Source: Poseidonia sp. (GTDB lineage: Archaea; Thermoplasmatota; Poseidoniia; Poseidoniales; Poseidoniaceae). From it: a DNA stretch of 64,000 nucleotides. The stretch is from positions 6,648 to 70,647 of the forward strand of contig JAUREJ010000003.1 of assembly GCA_030827475.1 (NCBI GenBank). Direction: 5' to 3'. A program made the position numbers and the translations under genes. The notes under the pieces are model-generated. The model saw nothing but the letters and a program-made list of their open reading frames with translations, was not told where the DNA came from and searched no databases. Positions 11,201 through 19,200 of the stretch are shown piece by piece (positions within the stretch are counted from its first letter, which is position 1; every line of letters starts with the position of its first letter).

Positions 11201-14200
11201 CCTACATCAACGGTAGCCTCCGCTCCTATCCAGGGGTCACGGTCGAGGAATACGATGCATGGTTGGACGCAACGCTTGAGGAAGACAAGGTCAAGACCAC
11301 CGAACCTGCTTCAGCACTGACCGTGAACTTCGTATCAGGAACATTGGCATTCACAGCCGTGACCAACGTCTCGGGCGCCTTCTCCGTTCGCGTCCCCTCC
11401 GGATTGACCTACCACATGACGACCGAGAGCGTCATGGCGAACCGTGGGTACGGTGAATTGGTCGAAGTTGAATCCGGTGTTGATCTTGACCTCGGCCCTC
11501 TCTTCCTTGAACCTTCAACCGGTGTTTCGGGTGTCCTTTACCTCTACGACAACACCACTCGCTGGGATGCGACTCAACCGCTTTGGGAAGCGGTCGATGT
11601 GGTTGCCACCAACGAAGATGGATTGGAATGGCGAACAACTGTATCGGACACGGCGACGTTCTTCTTTGACCTTTTGGACGGGGATTGGGACTTGTCGGTT
11701 GACGACGAACGACTCAACGTCTCGGTGATCCAAGACGTCTCTGTCAACCATTCGCTCACGGAGACCCTTTCCACCATGGATTTGATCGCCAACCCAGAGG
11801 CCATTGAACTCACGTTCAACATCTACCTCGACGCCGGTGGAGATGGAATGCTTGAGAACGGAACGCTGGTCTCTCCAGATTTCCAACTGAAGCCCATTGA
11901 TGAAGACAAAGAAAGCCTGTACTTCACCGCCGATGATTACACCTCAAACGGGAATATCACCCTGGCCTTGACGCCAGGTGGGTATGACCTCGTGTTCAAT
12001 CGAACCACGGCCGAGTCCGAGAATGCATCCGACTTTGATTTGATTGGTGTCCAATTCTTCGACGCCATCGTCGTAGGACTTGATGCCATTGACGAACCCT
12101 TTGATGTTGCTCTGAAGAACACCTATCTCGTGAATGGAACGCTAACGAACAGCACCGGTGACGGAATTGCGAACGATTTCCTGCTCTACAACGAAGCTGA
12201 AGACCAATGGTTCAACATCGGTTCGGACGAGAACGGCAGCTTTGCCGCTTACGTTCCCGCAGGCGAATGGCTCGCCATCGTTGCGCCCTTCTCAAACGGG
12301 AACGAGACCGAAACCCTTCGCTCGCCAATCTCTGTGCAACACGATTCTGCACGGCTTGACCTTGCGCTGACCACTGAAGTCAGTGTTGAGGTGACCCTTC
12401 AGTTGATGGCATGGTTGACCAACGAGACCCTCGCCGACATGACGGTGACGGCTGTGAGTCAAGACGGCTACGGCAACATCACCTTTGACCGAACCGATGC
12501 AAACGGGAACGCAACCGAGATGATGATGCCGGGGACGTGGAGTCTCTACCTCAATCGGACCGTTGGCACACAATCTTGGTTCTTGGACACGAGTGACGCA
12601 CCGTTTACCACGGCTGACGCGGTCAACAACAGCCTTGTTCTTGGCCCCGTCTACGCAGAACTCGAAGTCGAAATCGGCGGGAAAGTGTACTGGGATCTTG
12701 ACAACAACAGCCTTCCAAGTTTGGGCGAAGGGATTTCTGAGTTCAACATCACGTTACAAGGCGTGAACCATTCGGATGTCAGCATTGACACGGTGACCGA
12801 CAGCGAAGGTGTTTGGCGTGCATTTGTTCCCATCAGAGACGTGTACAACGTGACGGTCGCCAAGGAAGGCTTCGAAACGGTCTACTACGCGACCGAAAAC
12901 GAATCTGGATATGCAGTGTACGACAGTCCGGACTCGCGTGACATCGAAGTCACGGCGGGTTCTGTTGATGTGTTCGGTTACGTGACCGACCAGTTGGATG
13001 CCCAACGCCTCATTGACGCTACCATCGTCCTTTACCCTGTTGCGGGCGTTGAACGTGACCCGGTCTCCTTGGACGGCACGATGAACGGTACAACCCTTGA
13101 ATGGTCGGCGAGCATTCAGCCCGGTGACTGGGTCGTTGTTGTTCGTGAAGCTGATCCCGGGCAGAACGGTGGCGGTGTAGCCATCGGCCTCTTGGAGGCC
13201 ACCGTATCCAACGGAGGTAACCTCTCCTTGGTCATGGCCCTTGGCGGTTATGTCGACCTCTCCACGGCTTGGGCAGATATTGAACAAAACGAACACCACG
13301 CCGGTGCAGACGGTGCTGGAGGAAGCATGATTCAAGATGATGTTGAACTCGAAGTGACCTTTGAGGAGATGAGCTGGATTCTATCCTTGCCATCTTCAGG
13401 CAAGTTCGAGAAACTCCTCTTCCCGGAAGGTACAATCGCCTTTGACAGTGAATTTACCACGGTCCAGCACGAGCGACAATTGGAAATGGAATACTTCGGT
13501 GGGCAGACCACTTCGGTGGCTGCGGATTCGTCCATCTCTGCAACCCTCAACTACAACCGACGGGTCAACTCCAACTTGGACGTGAACTTTGTTGAATCCT
13601 CAGTCGGAAGCTCGGCGACGGTGCTTGATGTTGAGGACGTTGAGCTCGAAGCGATTGTCTCGTCCGGCAACGCATCAATTTTCAACACCATCACGTTTGA
13701 CTACACGGTTGACTACAACGGTACAGAAATCGTCGATGTTTTCACCGTGAGCGGTGAATTGGGTCTCGCACAAGACTCCGAGGATTGGACCGTTCAAATC
13801 TGGAACAGCACCAGCTTAGCCTACGAAGACAGCGTTGAAATCGTGCTTGGAATCGGTGATAACGAAACTGAAGCCGCACTGACGACCACGGTTCGTGTCC
13901 AAGTGACCCTTCCCGATGTTGGCGATGCTTGGAGCCTTGAAAACGGGCACCGAGTCACCGTCCGCATGAAGACTGATCTGGGCGAATCAACCCAAGTCTC
14001 TGCGAAAATCTTCGTACCTCAGACCTACGCCTTCAGCATCTCCGATGCGACCGAAGAACTCGGCATGTCTGCGCTTGTTGAGCGCCGTTTCTCCTTTGAC
14101 ATCACCAACGACGGAAACGGACAAGACACGTTCACCATTGAACTCTTGGAAAGCGGTATTCTCGAAGGTTGGTCCATTACCCCAATGACCTCCACGCTGA

Positions 14201-14808
14201 CGTTGAGCAAGGGCGAGACCCGAACCCAACAGTTCACGGTGTTTGCTCCCGAATCTTTTTCCGAGGGTTCATTTGATTTGACCGTCTACGTCAACAGTCT
14301 TGACGAAACGGTCGCACAGCAGACGGTTGTTGTCAACGTGCAGGCTGCCGTGATCAAGTTGGTCGTCGACGAAGGGGCCATCGTGGTCAATTCCGACTCC
14401 AATGCGAACCAAGCCGGCAGCGTACGTGTGCCCGTGAGCAACAACGGCTTCTTGGACGCACCATCGGTTCTCGTCTATATTGAGCCTACATCGCCGGCGA
14501 GCCAACCAGAGCGCTCGGTGACCATCAACGTCCCCGCCGGGGAAACCGTTGAGGCGGTGTTCGATGACATGACCTTCACGCAGGGCAACCAGCGATTCAA
14601 CATCCGTGTTGAGGTTGCAGGTGCTGAAACAAGCAGCGTTGAATCCATCTCGTTGCCTGCCGGTGGGACCTTCTCCTTGGAGTACTACACCCAGAGTGAT
14701 ACCGAAGGCGAGTCCATTTGGACGACGCTTCTAATCATCGTTTTGCTTGTTCTCGTGGTCGTTGGCGGCGTGAAAGTCAGTCGTGGTGGCCGTAGAGGCA
14801 AGTTCTGA
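5233..14808 (+). CDS. aglB: Giant AglB/STT3 oligosaccharyltransferase with an extra N-terminal TM domain and a long C-terminal beta-sandwich repeat region ending in a TM anchor
   Basis: STT3 motifs: GSDPWY (D405), ADHD (~520), TVAE (~728), WWDYG (951-955) followed by DNFQ. From aa ~1400 there are carboxypeptidase-regulatory-like repeats (e.g. TDELGNF, SDENGEL, SDENGSF, TDANGNA), NEW3/CARDB-like units and a final TM + basic tail. Confidence 0.9.
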   Translation: MEEHTETTANQPGAIMGLLLAPLAVLLALATTRVVGIEYDLTLNNMMPMLVVAIASMLALVPRIVQDARPEFASSTLSLGVLAIAFFGAEVLHSFLGVDALAALMFAVLVVLGSNFDRRGRHEWVAMMTFSGVGFWLALAAAGDALAALPSTYTMESGQLVSTMNLERQATAYVFFAYWTMFTVVGVLAGVLARGTVNPAGAEGWFAFLGQHDGFNRANLPLVIALVVWVLAFVGSLFHFNSVDTIDQLAITTEAGYHGYIGYWTAFLTGLVALIVAGMCAERWYTRAMLVGSMWGLYQVAAWFEAGIWYNEDMDGTWGALIWLGITFFLGVGIYSIGNHEKYGGWANLGEHEPSQARLFLRAHGAGLMIALAFLVGLAIRIQWYAVPSMNAFGTGNWDMTGGSDPWYMKRVVDYILANNAHLVFDADRFYPIGGINPRPPLFSWTMAIGAMFLEPFLNTPEDAVWWSMLALPAVYGALTVFPIAIIAKDHFGKGAGVIAAWLIAFMPAHVTHSTWALADHDSFVMLFISVGFLYWLRAVKYAGSARITKVTTAHPKSFFQAYLDVLAHRQAAVANAVLAGVAFGIVSLGWKGFVVGPSILFLAYALQVALNMFRRRDSTTLSALFLTMLLTTFLMALPFYGHPEFDLILNPTGLQPFLFISGFTLAIAFVTTGFRDKPWLLVLGTLVGLAAVFFILLYILKTLELSNAWDVLFTGSGYFTKTKIFGTVAEANAPNRAQLFASFGPITFLLALIIGGGLLWKGLRYRKGTELVFGVWVFAATFMAWNAARFMFNATPVMAVLGAAGIVALWQWANWSGLVRSWKKFGIRTPADRITGARKAVWRTPQFSAIFLVMIMIFSQQATYGLDSAIPGTSNQEGEIDERIYNVVPDILRFDALGFSVLDSSNYDGRWYLGSFGSSFNDNGWNAAYEWLANQDTDMKYSEKPAFVSWWDYGFQAMSTGEHPSVSDNFQSGIPATGNMLLARNQDDLTAMFIWQLAEGDRTYATTDNSNHKFTPTFQNTVDKYLNDAQMEDFVTMQTTFDETMIDFIELRSFSVVKANRNIVMAEGHPSTAGVFDADTTIYRIYKDGVPLPCTEEFSSSCLGDAWSSMSEANITFTNNIRTPDETVNGRTHSIFGDYWYTADLIDEYLSVSTNIHRTNARLAMMTQLLTEAFDAHPTATIHDLYNDLIGLEGLYRVQDYEGKPGETISRDHEIRYFAIDDRLYPRAGRYTADSNYNRGQPMGIFGAPTILSGQDIGTYMDEVYETVRGDFQDEMTREEVDEAMQKDFLNQQAGADIDPLQIQDVRVDHNPAFFDTMVARTYVGYGASTLGINTAASNPQPAQHFGQSGSPGSVLANSLPLPGAMMNHFVISNWYSEDETVSIQSTNTLVKILKYYPGAELTGQVTMTDNGEGLPGVRILIERDAFSGEGSSDNDEDTYWIPIGFVDADDDGKYSFLAPAGRLRVTAFAGDYDPSEARDNLRDGSYAERLSDILTDTNDDRQINEITAILGQVANMSWLGEAQLNVTADQANRVVPMDRTLDVSIESSGVSGTVTWSGDEAFNGDPIAETTFILRNIWSMTDNYTVVTTSGSFTSEESRILQGTGEATLTEDGSFDSEGIALAKNFIGDFTRDIGNERSFFANGTWNGNGLLEASWVGVENITACEADNTSNAVMPANETICVVDATTTPPTYRLEGTVDAQGTFTSEGTSTLTRTYGDADAGQGETIEGAGLFEGTGTFNGTGLFIGVGTFSGPMVEPGSFYKTGLLPGTYNMIAQLANGKEVLLPDPVEIGVVPSFDLRMNMPGAIFTDILSNMVGDGLANTTIELIDRDLGEDAAVYIVTDELGNFSYGPVAKGDYYYRVDVDGDGYYDLNESVMVLDDTTNISLAMGVPDTVDVTMTLISPVDPLTQEPLFDVSNRTITFENTEGILQPMNVTSDENGELSIELLYGVWDVRDDANPDFVLFDQVDLSPGTENIVKDVTYAQAAYINGSLRSYPGVTVEEYDAWLDATLEEDKVKTTEPASALTVNFVSGTLAFTAVTNVSGAFSVRVPSGLTYHMTTESVMANRGYGELVEVESGVDLDLGPLFLEPSTGVSGVLYLYDNTTRWDATQPLWEAVDVVATNEDGLEWRTTVSDTATFFFDLLDGDWDLSVDDERLNVSVIQDVSVNHSLTETLSTMDLIANPEAIELTFNIYLDAGGDGMLENGTLVSPDFQLKPIDEDKESLYFTADDYTSNGNITLALTPGGYDLVFNRTTAESENASDFDLIGVQFFDAIVVGLDAIDEPFDVALKNTYLVNGTLTNSTGDGIANDFLLYNEAEDQWFNIGSDENGSFAAYVPAGEWLAIVAPFSNGNETETLRSPISVQHDSARLDLALTTEVSVEVTLQLMAWLTNETLADMTVTAVSQDGYGNITFDRTDANGNATEMMMPGTWSLYLNRTVGTQSWFLDTSDAPFTTADAVNNSLVLGPVYAELEVEIGGKVYWDLDNNSLPSLGEGISEFNITLQGVNHSDVSIDTVTDSEGVWRAFVPIRDVYNVTVAKEGFETVYYATENESGYAVYDSPDSRDIEVTAGSVDVFGYVTDQLDAQRLIDATIVLYPVAGVERDPVSLDGTMNGTTLEWSASIQPGDWVVVVREADPGQNGGGVAIGLLEATVSNGGNLSLVMALGGYVDLSTAWADIEQNEHHAGADGAGGSMIQDDVELEVTFEEMSWILSLPSSGKFEKLLFPEGTIAFDSEFTTVQHERQLEMEYFGGQTTSVAADSSISATLNYNRRVNSNLDVNFVESSVGSSATVLDVEDVELEAIVSSGNASIFNTITFDYTVDYNGTEIVDVFTVSGELGLAQDSEDWTVQIWNSTSLAYEDSVEIVLGIGDNETEAALTTTVRVQVTLPDVGDAWSLENGHRVTVRMKTDLGESTQVSAKIFVPQTYAFSISDATEELGMSALVERRFSFDITNDGNGQDTFTIELLESGILEGWSITPMTSTLTLSKGETRTQQFTVFAPESFSEGSFDLTVYVNSLDETVAQQTVVVNVQAAVIKLVVDEGAIVVNSDSNANQAGSVRVPVSNNGFLDAPSVLVYIEPTSPASQPERSVTINVPAGETVEAVFDDMTFTQGNQRFNIRVEVAGAETSSVESISLPAGGTFSLEYYTQSDTEGESIWTTLLIIVLLVLVVVGGVKVSRGGRRGKF

Positions 14809-14861
14809 TTTGGCCCGTTCAAAGAACAAGCATTCTTGTGCTCGTTCAGTGGGGCTGAGGC

Positions 14862-16073
14862 ATGGAGGGTCTGCGGGACGTCGAGTACCTGCCTGAACCC
14901 AGCGACAGGAGCATTGTTTCCGCTGTCGACCCGACCGTTATCGGCTTTCAGGACGAATGGCGCTCAGAGATCATGGGCTGGGCACCCTTCCCGGTCGAAC
15001 CCGTGGTGCGGACCCGACGACGACAACGTTCCTTGGGTGGGTTGGTGGTGTTCGCTCTGCTCGTTTCTGCAAGCCTCGTGCTTTGGCAGAATCAATGGGT
15101 TGTAGTTGAACTTCCGCTCCCAAATTCCGAATGGGCCTTCGCTGATTCTGGGATTCGCTCTCTCCAAGAATCAGGGTTGACGGGCGAGGATGTTCGCGTC
15201 TGCATGGTGGACACGGGGATCGACCTGTCGCATCAGGCGTTCTTTGGAAAAGAAATCGTCTTCAAGGACTTCATTGGCGGTTCAACAACACCGGTTGACT
15301 ACGGTGCGGTCGCGCACGGCACGCTAATGGCGGGTTTGATGATCGCCACCGGCCATCAGACCGGTTCAGCACCAAACGTGACGTTTGCCATGGCGGCCGC
15401 TCTTCAAGACAACGGTGAAGGAGAAAACACCGGCTTTGACAGCGATGTGGCAGATGCCATCCGCTGGTGCCAGTTTGATTTTGAAGCGGACATCATCTCC
15501 TTGTCTTTGGGAGGGACTGAGCGGGCACAAAACGCTGATGAAGGCTCTTCTGCGGCTGCAACGCGACAAGCTACGGACGCCGGGGTCTATGTGGTCGCTG
15601 CTGCGGGCAACGACGGACTGTCAGATGACGGGGACGTCGCCTCACCTGGCAGTGTGCGTCTTGCGATTTCAGTGGGGGCGACAACACAATCCGGTTTACT
15701 TTGGGAAAACTCTTCTGCCGGGGCACGGGAAGACGCCGAAGCCAACCCCCGCGCATCGCCTCACGAAAAACCCGAAATCGTCGCACCCGGTCATCGCATC
15801 ATCAGTACAGGTGAAAGTGACCTCTGGTATTCAAGCAGCGGAACCTCTGACTCCACCGTTTTCGTTGCCGGTGCTTTGGCGCTTATCCTCGAGGCTCAAC
15901 CCAACCTCAAGCCGTCCGTATCCCAGGACGCGTCGTGCATTGAGCGGGTGAAACTCGCTTTGGCTCAATCCGCACAACCGTTGTCAAACGAAAGGCACGA
16001 TGCCCGGGGAGGGTACGGCTTCCTCGATGCGGCTGGATGGTTGGCTCAAATCGGTGCTGTTTCGGAGTGCTGA
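14862..16073 (+). CDS. Membrane-anchored subtilisin-like (S8) serine peptidase
   Basis: Catalytic motifs VDTGID, HGTLMAG, AAAGNDG and SGTSDS; N-terminal TM after RRRQR. Confidence 0.9.
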   Translation: MEGLRDVEYLPEPSDRSIVSAVDPTVIGFQDEWRSEIMGWAPFPVEPVVRTRRRQRSLGGLVVFALLVSASLVLWQNQWVVVELPLPNSEWAFADSGIRSLQESGLTGEDVRVCMVDTGIDLSHQAFFGKEIVFKDFIGGSTTPVDYGAVAHGTLMAGLMIATGHQTGSAPNVTFAMAAALQDNGEGENTGFDSDVADAIRWCQFDFEADIISLSLGGTERAQNADEGSSAAATRQATDAGVYVVAAAGNDGLSDDGDVASPGSVRLAISVGATTQSGLLWENSSAGAREDAEANPRASPHEKPEIVAPGHRIISTGESDLWYSSSGTSDSTVFVAGALALILEAQPNLKPSVSQDASCIERVKLALAQSAQPLSNERHDARGGYGFLDAAGWLAQIGAVSEC

Positions 16074-16140
16074 GGGCTCTTTTCACCCCAAAATCGGCCA
16101 CCGAAGGGTTCCGTTTTTGTTCACCGTTCTCCGCTTTAGA

Positions 16141-16240
16141 GTCATTTTACGGAAGTATATTCCCTGAAAAGGGTAAATGAAATGATATTCTTACGTCATT
16201 ATGATACGGTAAGAGCGGCGATTGAGGCGCAGTATTATAT
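16141..16240 (+). promoter_or_regulatory. AT-rich upstream region with dyads and a TATA-like box
   Basis: Locally AT-rich; dyads tcttac..gtaaga (16189-16214) and tcat-t-atga (16196-16204); tattatat at 16233-16240. Confidence 0.45.
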
Positions 16241-16275
16241 TCGTGGCGTTCATGGAGGGATTAGGTGCATCTGTC

Positions 16276-19200
16276 ATGTCACGCCGAAAGCAAGCAAAAT
16301 CTCTGTCGCTCGTCCTTCTCTACATGGTCTCCATCATGGTGGGGATGGTCAGCCTTCCAACGGTGATGGCCAACAACGAAACAACCCAAGGCACCGTCAC
16401 CGGTGTCGAAACATGGTCTGGAACCATGAACCTTCAAGGAGATGTTGAGGTCGCTGAAGGTGCGAAACTCATCATCAATGCCGGGACCACCGTGAACATT
16501 CCCTTCGGGAAGTTCATTGACGTCAAAGGTGCCATTTGTGTTGGTGATTCCGCCTGCGGCGCCAGTGCAGGTTCAGCATCCTCCAAGGCACGCTTCATGT
16601 GGTCTCTCCCCACCGATTACACCAAGATTGGTCGTTGTTATGTCAACGGATCGAGCACCTTCACCAACGGGGACGCAGCCTGTGGGTCCGGTTTGGTGAT
16701 TCGTGACACGATTGACCAGTCCATCACTTCCATCAACTTCGCTCACTTTGAGAACGCTTACGGCTACCCCATCTACGTGCAAACGCTCCAGGCCGTTCAG
16801 TACGGTGCATTGGTGTTTGATGGCTCAAGCACCACGGCACGTGGACTCTCGTTTACCGACATCAACACCTCAAACGTTATTGCGATTGATTTCGCATCCC
16901 CAACCATCTCCGAGTCCACGTTTGAACTCGGCGTTGACGGTCGAGGGTACGATGCCGCTGCTGTCCGCGCCTACGGCGCAGGTGCCGGTATTCTCGCCAC
17001 GTTTGAAGTCAAGGATTCCAGTTTTACAGGCAACGATGCTGACTGTGGCCAGCAGGGCGGAGGTCGTGCCGTCCTCTTCATCGAAGATTCGTACATTGAC
17101 ATGGACAACCTCGACATCTCACAAAACTCCTATGGCGTTTTGATGAAGTCAAGCTCCGGCTCGCTCACAAATTCTGTGATTGATGTCAAGTGCAACGCAA
17201 TCGACACGAACTCGTTGAAGACAACGGGTACGATCGACCACACCCTCACCATCACCAACAACGTCATCACCACGGCCGAAGGTGCTGGTTTGACGGCCTA
17301 CGACGGTGCCAAAGTGTACGCTGAGCGGAACACCATCTCGGGGGCTTCGGAAGGTTCTGGTGTCGGTATTCGTTCCTCGGTCGTGGAACTCCACAACAAC
17401 ATCATCGGCCCCGTTGGTGGCTGGAACGGCTTGTGGATTTACGGGACCTCTGATGTGGTCGCCGAAAACAACACCATTCAGGACACGGGTAAAGAGCCCG
17501 TCCTCATCGGTGAGTACCACTATCAGGATTCAGGCTGGCAGGTGCCTGCACCAAGTGCTGCCCGTCTCTACCTCGCGAACAACGTGATCTCAAACAACTC
17601 CGGGACGTGCAACTCTCAGATGTACGGCGGTGACTTCCCTTGCCCTGCCGTGCACGTGTTCCGTTCATCAGCCAGCATTCTTGACAACACCATCTCCGGA
17701 AACAACGGTGACATCATCCGTGCCAAGGGTTCGCTTGTGAACGTCCAGCGCAACACCGCTGACAGCCAAGGTGGATTTGCGGGCAACATCAGCCTTCACG
17801 ATGACAATTACGGAAACAAGTACGGTTCTGTTGCTTATTTCTCTGGCAACACCTGGACCGGCGTTTCCCAAGTGTACAACATCACTGAATCCCGCGTGAC
17901 CGTTCAGTCTGAACAAATTCCATCGCCGGGCTTCAACGAATCTTACCCTGTCAACATTCGTTGGCTCGGTGCCGAGTGCCCATATGTTCAGGACGAGTGC
18001 TTGAAACTGCCCGACACCGTTGCTCTCCCCCCCGCACAGATGCCTTTGGCTCTCGAACTCGTAGAAAACGCAACGGTGTTCTCTTTCGCTGACCTGCAAA
18101 ACTTTGATTCATCGATGATCCATGTTCAAAACCAAAACACTGCTTGGGGCTCCCAAGTCCGGGAAGGTGAACTTGTCCAGTACCAGGTTAAAGCCAAGAA
18201 CTCCAACGTTGCAGGTGCAACGGTCGTCATCAAGGACGCAACGGGTCTGCCACTTTACGAATTGACAACCGACGCTCTCGGTTACACACAAGAGGTGTCT
18301 CTCCCCTCCGACTTCCTTCTGGACCGAAACTGGAATCACATCGTGGGTGATAAGAACGCTGCAATCCCCGGAACGAACGACGGAACGGGACAACCCATCG
18401 TCGTTGACGAGGATTCTTGCGCCGACGGCATTGACAACGACGGCGATACTTACGTTGACGATTTTGACGTTTCCTCCGGTGCAGGTGACACCTCAAACTG
18501 CGAGAGCGGCAACCGTGAGATGCCGTTTTACACGGTTGAAGCCTTCAAGTTTGGAAGCGGTACCAAAGAACTCTCCTACGTGTTGAGCGGTCCGGTGAAC
18601 GACGTCATCAACCTTGACAACCTCCGTCCTGGGGTGACGGTGAATCAGCAAGACGGCACGTCGTTTGCGACGACCGTTCGTCTGACAGGCCAAGCCTGGG
18701 ACGGTGCGAAATGGCCATACGCCAACGACAACACCGCCGTTCAATCGCAATTTGGAAAGATTCAGCGCGTTGAGATTCAGCCGCCGGGTTCAACCGACTG
18801 GTACACTGCCTCCGATACTTCCGGCTCGGGCGGCGAAATCACGATGGCAAACCACCCGTTCAAGGACTGGGTTTTCGACTGGGACATGTCTGCTCACCCT
18901 GAGGGCGAGGGCGACGTGACGTTCCGCATCCGGTCCTTCGATGGCTTGGATTATTCACCGGTCGAGGTCCGTCAGTACAAGCTCAACTTGGTCGCTCCCA
19001 CGATTTTGGTGGATGTTCCGACCACGGGAAGCACCTTCAACAACGGCAAAGTGCTTTTCCAAGGTACGGCATCTGACCCTTACCAGGGCACCTACGGCAG
19101 CGACGTGAAACAAATCTGGTTCCATATTTCCGGCGAGGGTGGATTCGAGCAGCAATTCTTCCAGGCTGGGTCGACGAGTTGGTCCTATGAATGGGACGTT

